Notes under the pieces: generated by a model
What the model was told of the DNA's origin: nothing
What the model saw: only the letters and a program-made list of their open reading frames with translations
The model's database searches: none
Part shown: piece after piece, positions 1-8,461 of the stretch
How the letters are laid out: every line of letters starts with the position of its first letter
Numbering within the stretch: the first letter of the stretch is position 1
Position numbers and translations under genes: made by a program
DNA from: Candidatus Iainarchaeum sp.
GTDB taxonomy: Archaea > Iainarchaeota > Iainarchaeia > Iainarchaeales > CSSED10-239
Direction of reading: 5' to 3'
DNA: 17,400 nt
NCBI GenBank assembly: GCA_028700905.1
Contig: JAQVRT010000007.1
Coordinates: 1 to 17,400, forward strand

Positions 1-87
1 TTTTTTAACTTTTTGTTCACAAACTGGAACAGCTTCTTTTACAACTTTTTTTTTCTGGTTAAAATTACTTTTATTTTTTCTTACCAT
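1..87 (-). CDS. 5' end of an unidentified ORF running off the window edge. It occupies the position that nusA holds in many archaeal rpo clusters, but 29 aa cannot confirm that.
   Basis: ATG at 87..85, 5 nt downstream of the rpl30e stop. It reads MVRKNKSNFNQKKKVVKEAVPVCEQKVKK with no stop up to position 1. There is no clear SD, and 29 open codons is weak evidence on its own. Confidence 0.3.
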   Translation of the reverse strand, partial: MVRKNKSNFNQKKKVVKEAVPVCEQKVKK

Positions 88-92
88 TTAGT

Positions 93-587
93 TTACTTTT
101 TCTTTATTTTTAAAATTCCTTTTAAAGCTGCGTCTTCTTTGATAGATTTTTCATCATCTTCTTCTTTTTGTATTTCTTTTAATTTCTTTGCTTTAGATTT
201 CTCAGCTTTCTTTTCTTCTTTAACTTGTCTTTTTTCAGCTTTAATTTTTGATTTAGTCATTTTTTCTTCAACAACTTCTTTTAAGTTAATAACATCAACA
301 ATTGATGATTGACCTAAATCTTTAATTACAAGTGAAGAAATATTAAAAGGTTTTCCACAAACAGAACCTAATTCAAAACCATTTTCAGGATATTCAATAA
401 AATGAATATTAAGTTTGTTTGAGAAATGTTCAATTTCTTTTTTTGTAATGTTTTTTATATTCTTTGAAACTACAATTAATTTAGGTTCACCAACAAGACA
501 TTCTCTTAAAGTCTCTTTAGTTCCATAAATTACTTTTCCTGTATCAACTGCACTTCTTAATTGTGTATTAAATCTATTCCAATCCAT
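93..587 (-). CDS. rpl30e: 50S ribosomal protein L30e with a roughly 60-aa Lys/Glu-rich C-terminal tail
   Basis: MDWNRFNTQLRSAVDTGKVIYGTKETL...LGSVCGKPFNISSLVI matches the archaeal L30e (L7Ae/L30e fold) pattern. It sits directly after rpoA'' as in the conserved archaeal cluster. I place the start at ATG 587..585 rather than the ORF-track GTG at 596, because that GTGATT is the SD, 3 nt upstream of the ATG. Confidence 0.85.
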   Translation of the reverse strand: MDWNRFNTQLRSAVDTGKVIYGTKETLRECLVGEPKLIVVSKNIKNITKKEIEHFSNKLNIHFIEYPENGFELGSVCGKPFNISSLVIKDLGQSSIVDVINLKEVVEEKMTKSKIKAEKRQVKEEKKAEKSKAKKLKEIQKEEDDEKSIKEDAALKGILKIKKK

Positions 588-617
588 ATTAATCACTTAT
601 ATTTTTTTTAAAAAAAA
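588..617 (-). promoter_or_regulatory. Intercistronic module between rpoA'' and rpl30e. Sense strand: T8-A8-TATAA-GTGATT(SD)-AAT-ATG.
   Basis: Plus strand has aatcac at 591-596, ttata at 597-601, T8 at 602-609 and A8 at 610-617. On the sense strand the T8 is an archaeal oligo-T termination-type signal and GTGATT matches the SD. Nearly the same module recurs at 7782-7823. Confidence 0.3.
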
Positions 618-677
618 TCCTTTAATATAATATATAATTATGCTTCACAACATTTAAAAAAGGAATCTCTTTTTTAT

Positions 678-1844
678 TTATTTATCTTCAATTAAACTCT
701 CTTGTTTTTTTATCATTTTTTTAAGATTTTTAGGATCAAGAGTAAGTTTTACTCTACCAGTTCCTGCAAGTATTGGCTGTCCTACAATTAAATTTTCAAT
801 AATTCCTTTGAAGTTTTCTCTTTCACCATCAAATGCTGCTGAAAGAATATGTTTAACAGTTTCTTCAAAAGAAGCTCTTGCAAATGGACTTGATTTTTCT
901 CCTGTAATTCCAGTTCTTACAATTCCTTTAACTTTTCCATTAAAGCACATAAGATCTGCTAAAATTGCAATATGTCTTTTGTTAATATCAATTCCATTAC
1001 TATCAAAAGTATTATAAAGTTCTCTTATTATTGATTCTCTTGCAGCTTCAATTCCAAAAACTTTATTTATTTCTAAAATATCATTTGTGTAACTTCTTTG
1101 AGTATCAAGTTCTTCAACTTTTAAAATTTCAGAAAGATTAGAACCTTTAGTAATAATTACTTTTTCTCCATTCTCTTCTGAAACAACAGTTAATTCTATG
1201 TTTTTTATACCAAATAAAGGTATTTTATTCCATTTAATAATAGCTTTTCTAATATTAAAAAGAGGAGTATCTTTATCAAAAGTAAAATTTATACCATTTT
1301 TATTTGGAGTAAATCTTTTTGAAACATAAACATCAATTATTTTATCATAGATAAGTGTCATAACTTCTTCTTTATCAATATCAAGTTCATTTATTTTTTC
1401 ATGATCTAAAACAAAAGAAACAGTTCTATTTAAGAAGTCTTCTTGAAACTCTCCAATTGCTCCAACTTTAATATCTATTAAACTTTTTGCAAATTTATTT
1501 ATTTTTTTATCAGTATTAAAAACATCTTTCTTTAAATAAAGTTTCATAGAAGGAAATTTAGAAGATAATCTTCCATCAACAATTTCAATTACTCTTTGTA
1601 TTCCTTGACCTACAGATACTTCTAAAGATCCAGCATAGTGCTTTGTTCTTAAAGTTAACTGTGTTCCAGGTTCACCTATTGATTGAGCAGCAATTAAACC
1701 CATTGCATCTCCAGGAGTTACTAAAGAATCATTGTATTTTCTAGTTACAATTTCAACTAATTTTTTTTGCTTTGCATCACTAAAACTTTTCTTTTTAGAA
1801 TAGTTTTCAATTCTTTCTAAAACTAATTTTGGAAGTTCTCTCAT
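678..1844 (-). CDS. rpoA2: DNA-directed RNA polymerase subunit A'' (Rpo1C)
   Basis: 388 aa, containing the trigger-loop region GEPGTQLTLRTKHYAG typical of archaeal A''. ATG at 1844 with GTGA SD 6 nt upstream. Follows rpoA'. Confidence 0.95.
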   Translation of the reverse strand: MRELPKLVLERIENYSKKKSFSDAKQKKLVEIVTRKYNDSLVTPGDAMGLIAAQSIGEPGTQLTLRTKHYAGSLEVSVGQGIQRVIEIVDGRLSSKFPSMKLYLKKDVFNTDKKINKFAKSLIDIKVGAIGEFQEDFLNRTVSFVLDHEKINELDIDKEEVMTLIYDKIIDVYVSKRFTPNKNGINFTFDKDTPLFNIRKAIIKWNKIPLFGIKNIELTVVSEENGEKVIITKGSNLSEILKVEELDTQRSYTNDILEINKVFGIEAARESIIRELYNTFDSNGIDINKRHIAILADLMCFNGKVKGIVRTGITGEKSSPFARASFEETVKHILSAAFDGERENFKGIIENLIVGQPILAGTGRVKLTLDPKNLKKMIKKQESLIEDK

Positions 1845-1890
1845 AATATTTCACATTTAATATTTTAATTGTCCAACAAACATAACATAT

Positions 1891-4479
1891 CTACTCGTGG
1901 AAGAAATTAATATTCTTCCCAAGATATGCTTTATCAGGTGAAAGACCGTCATCACCATAAGTAAATTGTACTACTTGTCCATCTGCTGTTTTTACAGATA
2001 AATCATCTTGCACAACAAGATCTTTTAAAGCATTTGAAAGTCTTCTATAAAGATATCCAGATACTTTTGTAGAAACACCAGTGTCAATTTCACCTTGTCT
2101 TCCACCAATTGAGTGGATGAAATATTCTTTAGGGGTCATACCATTATAGAAATTATTTTTAACAAAACCATAATCCATTAAAGCATTTGAACCTAAAAGG
2201 TTAGAACTTAAAAGTCTATTTTTAAAACCATTCTTAGCTCTTCCTGTTCTAACAGTTACTTGTCCCCAAAGACCAATAATGTTTACAACATTTAAAACTT
2301 TTCCTCTAGATCCACCTACACTTGAAAGCATAGTTGTGTTATTGTTTGAAACTTTTCTATCATCATACATATCATTGAATTTTTCAAGAAGTATTTTATC
2401 TGAGATATAATCTTTAACATTAGATGCTGCTGTCATCATCTCAATTTCAAAAGTTTCATCAAGGTTTTTACCAGAAACTAAAGGTAATGTTTTATTTTCA
2501 TATTTTTTAACAATTGCATTTGTACTTACAATTAATTCTTTTATTTTTTGATCAATTTCTGATTGAAGTTCTTTAGTTGTTTTATACTCATCTAAAGCAA
2601 TTGTTAAACCTTTCTTTGATAAAGCATAAAAAACTAATTTTGATAATTTATAATAAAATTCAGAAATAAAATCTATAGGATAATGTCTTACTATAACATC
2701 AATTAGATTTTTAGGAGAAGTTGCTCTTTCATCAAAAACACCAGAAACTAATTTTCCTTTTTCAACTTTAAAGTAACAATCATATTTTTCAATATCTTTT
2801 TTTGTAACTTTTCCTTTTATTTTCTTAATAATAGTGTACATTTTATTTTCATACTCTAAATTAAGATCACTTGGTAAAATTTGACTAAAGATAAGTTTAC
2901 CAGAATAAAGACCTCTTCCTCTATCAGCTGTTGGAAGCTCTGTAATACCTATAGAATATAACATTTCCATAGCTTCTTTTTTTGTAAACTCTGTATCATA
3001 TTTTGTAAGTAAAAAACCACCAGAAATTAAGTCTTCTGTAGGTGTAATAATTGGTTTACCATGTCTAATACTTAAAACATGATTATTAACCATTAAAAGA
3101 TTTTTAATTTCAGCAATAGAAGATTCGCTTTGTGGAGCGTGAATTTGCATTTCATCACCATCAAAGTCCGCATTGTAAGGAGCACATGAAATTGGATTTA
3201 ATCTAAAGGTTTTACCTGGTAAAACTTTTACTTTGTGTCCCATAATTGAAGATCTGTGAAGTGTTGGTTGTCTGTTAAAAATTACTAAATCTCCATCAAC
3301 CATTTTTCTTTTAGCAATAGTTCCTTCTTCTAAGGCATCTATTATTTCTTGTCTATTTGATTCTGTAATTATTCTTTTTCTATTGTTTTTAGAAATTAAA
3401 TATTTTACTTTATCTTGCATAATAAAATCTTTAATTTTTGCAATATTCCATGAAGTTACTCTTTCAGAAACAGTTAAAGTATCTGCAACTTCTTGAGGAA
3501 CACCAAGTTCATCAATTGCAATTTCTGTTGAAGGTGATATTGTAGATCTTGATGCAGAATTAACTCTTTTTCCAATTAAGTTATATCTAAATCTTCCTTT
3601 TTTACCTTTTAATCTTTGAGCTAAAGTATTTAAAGCTCTTCCAGATCTGTGTTTTGCAGGAGGTACACCAGCTGTATTATTATCAAAATAGGTTGTAACA
3701 TTGTATTGTAAAAGATCCCATAAGTCTTCAATAATTATTTGTGGAGCACCAGCATTCATATTTTCATGAAGTCTTGAATTAATTCTTACAATGTTTAAAA
3801 GCATGTGAGTTAAATCATTTTCAGCAGTAACAACATTTTCTAAAGATAAAGAAGGTCTCATTGAAACTGGAGGAACTGGCAAAACATTTAAAATAAACCA
3901 TTGTGGTTTTAATTTTTCTGAGTATCCAAATAAAAATAAATCTTTATCTTCTATTTTTAAAATCCAATCTAAAATATCTGAGGGATATAATCTTTCACCA
4001 TCTACAAAGAAATTAGTTGGTTTATCTAAAGAAACTTTTGAAATTTCTGTTTGACAATGAGGACATTTTTTTAAAGTTTTTGAAGTATCAATTATGAATT
4101 TTGCAAGTTTATCAGGATCTTGAGAATATCTCATAAGCTCTGTTCTATTTTCATCTTCAATTAAAAGTTTACCACATTCTTTACAACTAGATTGAAGAAT
4201 AGGTAATATTTTTTCTGTAAATTTAGGATGCATTACAGGTCTTGTAAGTTCAATATGTCCAAAGTGACCAGGACAATCTTTCATACCATGTCCACAAGTC
4301 TTACATCTTAAACCAGGAGAAATTACCCCTAAGTGAAGATCCATTACCCCTCTCTCTATTGGGTATCCATCTTTATCATAAGTATCTGATCTAGAAATTT
4401 CTACAGCAGACATCTTTCTAATAATTTCTGGACTTAATATATTAAACTCAATTGATTTTATTTTCTTAACACCACTCAT
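1891..4479 (-). CDS. rpoA1: DNA-directed RNA polymerase subunit A' (Rpo1N)
   Basis: 862 aa. Has the N-terminal zinc motifs CKTCGHGMKDCPGHFGH and CKECG...CPHC, and the catalytic NADFDGDE motif encoded at 3151..3174. AGGA SD lies upstream of ATG 4479. Confidence 0.97.
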   Translation of the reverse strand: MSGVKKIKSIEFNILSPEIIRKMSAVEISRSDTYDKDGYPIERGVMDLHLGVISPGLRCKTCGHGMKDCPGHFGHIELTRPVMHPKFTEKILPILQSSCKECGKLLIEDENRTELMRYSQDPDKLAKFIIDTSKTLKKCPHCQTEISKVSLDKPTNFFVDGERLYPSDILDWILKIEDKDLFLFGYSEKLKPQWFILNVLPVPPVSMRPSLSLENVVTAENDLTHMLLNIVRINSRLHENMNAGAPQIIIEDLWDLLQYNVTTYFDNNTAGVPPAKHRSGRALNTLAQRLKGKKGRFRYNLIGKRVNSASRSTISPSTEIAIDELGVPQEVADTLTVSERVTSWNIAKIKDFIMQDKVKYLISKNNRKRIITESNRQEIIDALEEGTIAKRKMVDGDLVIFNRQPTLHRSSIMGHKVKVLPGKTFRLNPISCAPYNADFDGDEMQIHAPQSESSIAEIKNLLMVNNHVLSIRHGKPIITPTEDLISGGFLLTKYDTEFTKKEAMEMLYSIGITELPTADRGRGLYSGKLIFSQILPSDLNLEYENKMYTIIKKIKGKVTKKDIEKYDCYFKVEKGKLVSGVFDERATSPKNLIDVIVRHYPIDFISEFYYKLSKLVFYALSKKGLTIALDEYKTTKELQSEIDQKIKELIVSTNAIVKKYENKTLPLVSGKNLDETFEIEMMTAASNVKDYISDKILLEKFNDMYDDRKVSNNNTTMLSSVGGSRGKVLNVVNIIGLWGQVTVRTGRAKNGFKNRLLSSNLLGSNALMDYGFVKNNFYNGMTPKEYFIHSIGGRQGEIDTGVSTKVSGYLYRRLSNALKDLVVQDDLSVKTADGQVVQFTYGDDGLSPDKAYLGKNINFFHE

Positions 4480-4502
4480 AATTAATCCTTTTTATAAAGT
4501 TT

Positions 4503-6320
4503 TTAATTTATTTTGTCTCCAATTTCAAGTTTTGGATACACACCTAAAGCTTTAAGTTCATCTAAAAGAAGCTTAAAACCATAACTAATTTTTATTTTTT
4601 CAATTGTACTGTTTGTACACACAGGACAATATTTTCTATTTCTTATTTTATCGTCAATTGCAATCATTCCACAATCAGAACAAACATGGACTTCAAGTTC
4701 ATCTGCTGAATCTATTAATTTTTCATGCAAAAGCATAGCTGATCCATGACCAATTAAAGCATCTCCTTCCATTTCACCAAATCTTAGTCCACCACCTTTT
4801 TCTTTACCTTCGGTTGGTTGTCTGGTTAATAATTGTATAGAACCTGTATCTCTTGATTGTATTTTATTTGTAACAACGTGATATAATCTTTTAAATGAAA
4901 CTGGACCTACAAAAATTGGCATTTCCATTTTTTCTCCAGTAGTTCCATCATAAAATGTTTCTTTTCCATCTTCTCTAAAACCATATGCTTTTAAAGTTTC
5001 TAAAAGATTATCTTTATCAATATAGAAAGGAGTACCATCTATAATTTCTCCTTTTAAAGAAGCAACTTTTCCACCAATAGTTTCAAGTAAGTGACCAATA
5101 GTCATTCTTGAAGGAATTGAGTGAGGGTTTAATAAAAAGTCTGGTTTCATACCACTTGATGTAAAAGGCATGTCTTCTTCATTTATAACTGCCCCAATAA
5201 CACCTTTTTGTCCGTGATTTGAACAAAATTTATCTCCTACTTGAGGAATAAGTTCAGATCTTACCTTAACTTTACAAATCTTAATTCCACCAACAGTTTG
5301 AGTTAACATTACTTTGTCAACAAAACCTTTCAAATGTCTTCTTGAAGTTACAGAAGATTCTCTTCTTTCTTCAGATACAACACCATATTCTGAAATTTCT
5401 TCAACAAATCTTGGAGGGGAAGACATACCGATAACAACTCCGCCTTCTTCAACATATGATTCAACATTTGCAATTCCATCTGCACCTAAGTTTTTATAAA
5501 CTTCATCTCCTCTATATCCAACAATTGTTTCATCAGGAACAATAAATTCATCTGCTTGTCCTGAAGGATATCTGTTTTCTTGAGCAGAATATGTTCTGTA
5601 GTATGAAGATCTTCCAACTCCTCTTTCAATTGCACCTTTATTAATTATTAAAGCATCAGTCATATTATATCCTTTAAAAGGCATAATAGCAACAACTGCA
5701 TTTTGAGACATTGGTCTTCTATAAGATTGTATAATTTTTTCTGTTCTTGTAGTAATTAATGTTCTTTGAGGATAATAAAGAACATGCATTTCAGTATCAA
5801 ATCTATTTCTATAATTTGCAGAAGGGATACCTACACCTTGTTTGAAAACTTTTGCACCGTGAATAGCTTTACCAGCCATGTTGTGATTTATAAATGGAAT
5901 CATTGATGAAATTACACTAAAAATAGCAGTTCCTGAAATCTCTAAGTGTGTGTGATCAGGAGTTAATTCTTTTTCGTCTAAAGCAACTAAAGCATTTTCT
6001 TCTTCTTCAGCATCTAAATACTCTAAAACACCATCTTTTACAAGATCATCCCAAATTATTTTTTGATCTTTTATATCTTTTAAATGATCAGAAGTTAATT
6101 TTGATTTTCCATTTTCAACAATAATCAAAGGTCTTTGAACTCTACCACTATCAGTGCTTATATAGATTTCATTTGTCTCTTGATTAAAAGCAATGTTTAC
6201 TTGGTCATCAACTTCTCCTTTTCTTCTTTTTTTTAAAAGATCTTGTCTTAGTTTTTGTGGATTGTTATGAAATCCAACTAAACTTCCATTTATATATATT
6301 TTACTTTTATTAATAGGCAT
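4503..6320 (-). CDS. rpoB1: DNA-directed RNA polymerase subunit B' (Rpo2C, C-terminal half of the split B subunit)
   Basis: 605 aa with GDKFCSNHGQKGVIG, NPHSIPSRMTIG, GGLRFGEMEGDAL and a C-terminal zinc ribbon CSDCG...CPVC. The ATG lies 6 nt after the rpoB'' stop. Its GTGA SD overlaps that TGA stop. Confidence 0.97.
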   Translation of the reverse strand: MPINKSKIYINGSLVGFHNNPQKLRQDLLKKRRKGEVDDQVNIAFNQETNEIYISTDSGRVQRPLIIVENGKSKLTSDHLKDIKDQKIIWDDLVKDGVLEYLDAEEEENALVALDEKELTPDHTHLEISGTAIFSVISSMIPFINHNMAGKAIHGAKVFKQGVGIPSANYRNRFDTEMHVLYYPQRTLITTRTEKIIQSYRRPMSQNAVVAIMPFKGYNMTDALIINKGAIERGVGRSSYYRTYSAQENRYPSGQADEFIVPDETIVGYRGDEVYKNLGADGIANVESYVEEGGVVIGMSSPPRFVEEISEYGVVSEERRESSVTSRRHLKGFVDKVMLTQTVGGIKICKVKVRSELIPQVGDKFCSNHGQKGVIGAVINEEDMPFTSSGMKPDFLLNPHSIPSRMTIGHLLETIGGKVASLKGEIIDGTPFYIDKDNLLETLKAYGFREDGKETFYDGTTGEKMEMPIFVGPVSFKRLYHVVTNKIQSRDTGSIQLLTRQPTEGKEKGGGLRFGEMEGDALIGHGSAMLLHEKLIDSADELEVHVCSDCGMIAIDDKIRNRKYCPVCTNSTIEKIKISYGFKLLLDELKALGVYPKLEIGDKIN

Positions 6321-6326
6321 AAGTCT

Positions 6327-7781
6327 TCACAATTTAATTTCTTCAATATCTATTGATTTTAATATACTTTCTGATCTTACATCTGTTGTAATTCTTGAAA
6401 GAATAGAAAGATTTTTAGATAAACCACAATTAGGTCCATCAGGAGTTTCAACTGGACATAATCTTCCCCAGTGAGTTCCATGAACATCTCTTGCTTCATA
6501 AAGTTCTCTTTGAGAATCAAGAGTTGATTTTACTTTTCTTAAATTTGTTAATGGAGCAATAAAATTCATTCTATCCATGAAAGTACAAACACCAGTAACA
6601 TTTGCAACCCAAGTTCCTGTACTTACAGCAAATCTAATTCTATCAGAAATTGCATCTGGTCTTATTACTGTTGTAATATTTAATTTTCTATGTCTTGAAA
6701 TTGTTCTATCAATCTGGAATTTTAAATCATTTACAAAATGTTTAAAAGAATATCTAAATAAGTTTTCCATTAATTTTCCAGAAAGTTCAAGTCTTTTGTT
6801 TGAGTAGTGATCTTTATCTTCGTCTTCTCTTAACTTATAAACTTTTTCAATAATTTTTGTTGTCATTGTTACTAAATAGAAGGCCTTTGCAGCTCTATCT
6901 TTTTTATCTTGACCAATGTGTGGTAAAAGGAAAGAATCTATTACTTCTTGTGCTCTTCTTAATCTATAAGATTGTGTTTGAGAAGGAGCAACAGCTTTAC
7001 CAATTTTATCTAAAGCTTCTTGCTCTGTTGTACACCCTATCTTATCAATATTTAATAAAATTTCATTATTAATTACTTTTTGATCAGAAAAAAGCTCAAC
7101 AATATCTTTTTCTTTTGTTATCCCTAAAGCATTTAAAAGTTCAACAAGTGCAAGTTTTCTTGGAGAAGATGGAAATGAAATATACATCAATCCTTCTAAA
7201 TTTCTTTCAACTTTAACTTTACCTTTAAAAGCTCCTTTAACAGAGATTACTTGTGCTTTAACAACACCTGAAGTTTCACTAATTAAAATTCTATCAAGTG
7301 CTAAAACTTCTTGAGTAATTAAAGCTTTTTCAGAACCATTAATTATAAAATAACCACCAAAATCTAAAGGATCTTCACCTTGTTCAATTAAGTCTTCTTC
7401 TGAAAGACCATTAAGGTTACAGTATTTTGATTTTACTAAAATAGGAACTTCACCAACATATGTTCTTTTTTCATCAATTAAAACATCTTTTCTGTAAAGT
7501 TTAATATCTAAATAAATAGCACCTGCATAATTAATGTTTCTTTGTCTTGCTTCCATTGGTGTAAGTCTTAATCTTGCACTTCTGTCTGCTTCAACAATTT
7601 CAGGTTTAAAAATTTCAACATTTTCAAGTTTAATTCTAACATTGTTATTACATTCAACATCTGAATATTCTTCAACAATTTCTGGTATTTTTTCCTCAAT
7701 AAATTGATCAAAAGATTTTAAAATTTGATCTATAGGTCCTGCGGTTTTATAATAAGATTCAATTAATGGCCAATTATCCAT
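6327..7781 (-). CDS. rpoB2: DNA-directed RNA polymerase subunit B'' (Rpo2N, N-terminal half of the split B subunit)
   Basis: 484 aa. The N-terminal beta-subunit-like sequence ends ...CPVETPDGPNCGLSKNLS.... ATG at 7781 is preceded by TGTGAT SD. Order H-B''-B'-A'-A'' as in archaea with split rpoB. Confidence 0.95.
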   Translation of the reverse strand: MDNWPLIESYYKTAGPIDQILKSFDQFIEEKIPEIVEEYSDVECNNNVRIKLENVEIFKPEIVEADRSARLRLTPMEARQRNINYAGAIYLDIKLYRKDVLIDEKRTYVGEVPILVKSKYCNLNGLSEEDLIEQGEDPLDFGGYFIINGSEKALITQEVLALDRILISETSGVVKAQVISVKGAFKGKVKVERNLEGLMYISFPSSPRKLALVELLNALGITKEKDIVELFSDQKVINNEILLNIDKIGCTTEQEALDKIGKAVAPSQTQSYRLRRAQEVIDSFLLPHIGQDKKDRAAKAFYLVTMTTKIIEKVYKLREDEDKDHYSNKRLELSGKLMENLFRYSFKHFVNDLKFQIDRTISRHRKLNITTVIRPDAISDRIRFAVSTGTWVANVTGVCTFMDRMNFIAPLTNLRKVKSTLDSQRELYEARDVHGTHWGRLCPVETPDGPNCGLSKNLSILSRITTDVRSESILKSIDIEEIKL

Positions 7782-7823
7782 TTACAATCACATTTATATT
7801 TTTTTTAAAAATTTTAAAAAAAA
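7782..7823 (-). promoter_or_regulatory. Intercistronic module between rpoH and rpoB''. Sense strand: T8-AAAA-TTTTT-A8-TATAA-ATGTGATT(SD)-GTAA-ATG.
   Basis: Plus strand has aatcacat at 7786-7793, ttata at 7794-7798, T8 at 7799-7806, A5 at 7807-7811, T4 at 7812-7815 and A8 at 7816-7823. It shares the string AAAAAAAATATAA..GTGATT with the rpl30e upstream module. Confidence 0.3.
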
Positions 7824-7843
7824 GGTTGCTTAAAGAAAATGAT

Positions 7844-8203
7844 TTATTCATCAGCTACAACCCTTCTATAATAATAAACATCCCCAATGATTTCATTTTT
7901 TCTTTTTATTTTAATGACATCTCCTACTTTAACTTCTAAATGTCTTATAGCAGAATCAGTAATTAATATTAAAGGAAGTTTTTCAACTAATATGTTTTTT
8001 AAAGAAAGCTCTGCTAAATCTTTTTCATTAGCAACTGTATGAAGAGGTATAAAATTATGTACAATTTCATCCTTTAGTCTTCTTTGTCTTCTGTTCTTAC
8101 TTAATTTTCTAACTTTTGTAACTTTTTCTTCATCTTCTGAAGAATCTTTTTCTTCTAAATTTTCTTCTTCCATTATAAAATCTTCTTGATCCAAAATAAA
8201 CAC
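7844..8203 (-). CDS. rpoH: DNA-directed RNA polymerase subunit H (Rpo5) with a roughly 40-aa charged N-terminal extension; start codon uncertain
   Basis: The C-terminal roughly 70 aa (HNFIPLHTVANEKDLAELS...LPLILITDSAIRHLEVKVGDVIKIKRKNEIIGDVYYYRRVV) matches the RpoH/Rpb5 C-domain pattern, and the gene is first in the rpo cluster. The track start is GTG 8203. Alternatives are TTG 8194 (5 nt after a GGTG) and ATG 8173. Confidence 0.8.
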   Translation of the reverse strand: MFILDQEDFIMEEENLEEKDSSEDEEKVTKVRKLSKNRRQRRLKDEIVHNFIPLHTVANEKDLAELSLKNILVEKLPLILITDSAIRHLEVKVGDVIKIKRKNEIIGDVYYYRRVVADE

Positions 8204-8221
8204 CTTCTTAAAAAAGCTATA

Positions 8222-8235
8222 CTTATAAATATAAT
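8222..8235 (-). promoter_or_regulatory. Candidate TATA region for the rpoH-led operon
   Basis: The minus-strand sense reads GATTATATTTATAAGT, which is TATA-like, 19-30 nt upstream of GTG 8203. A second candidate, TTTAAATT, lies at 8257-8264. I cannot choose between them without a TSS. Confidence 0.25.
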
Positions 8236-8453
8236 CTCATAAACTCTTTTGCTCTAAATTTAAATAGTGATAAATATATATATTTTGTAAAATTTGACGG
8301 TATAGATAAATAGAGAGATGATAATAAGAGCATAAAGTAATTTACATACAAAAACTTTTTAAATAGATGTGTTTTTTTCTTCAAAAAACGGTTTTTTAGA
8401 GGTTTTTTATGTATTATAAATATTATTATTATTTGGTTTAAATAAAGTAAACT

Positions 8454-8461
8454 TTTAAATA
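8454..8461 (+). promoter_or_regulatory. Candidate TATA box (TTTAAATA) for the KaiC-like gene
   Basis: Exact TTTAAATA preceded by A-rich aaagtaaac. The expected TSS near 8484-8487 would give a roughly 45-nt leader carrying the AAGGTG SD (8516-8521), 8 nt before ATG 8530. Confidence 0.35.

Noticed and set aside
13-312. Plus-strand 99-aa ORF (Phe/Ser-rich) overlapping rpl30e
   Set aside because: It is a low-complexity antisense shadow of the Lys/Glu-rich L30e tail (AAA/GAA codons read as TTT/TTC). It has no SD and no recognisable fold, and it overlaps a well-supported gene.
588-596. GTG start at 596 for rpl30e, as given in the ORF track
   Set aside because: GTGATT at 596-591 is the SD for the ATG at 587. 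MDWNRF... aligns with typical archaeal L30e N-termini.
808-1017. Plus-strand 69-aa ORF inside rpoA''. The same applies to 5314-5499, 6577-6807, 6857-7072, 11308-11499 and 15458-15712 (plus strand) and 9635-9931 (minus strand).
   Set aside because: All are embedded antisense within strongly supported conserved genes. They are short and lack start-site signals, and their translations show no family features. They are typical shadow ORFs.
1891-7781. Inteins or insertions in the RNAP large subunits, and likewise in lig, proS and alaS
   Set aside because: Subunit lengths (862, 388, 605 and 484 aa) and the uninterrupted catalytic motifs are normal for archaeal enzymes. No Cys/Ser...HN splice-junction-bounded insert is evident.
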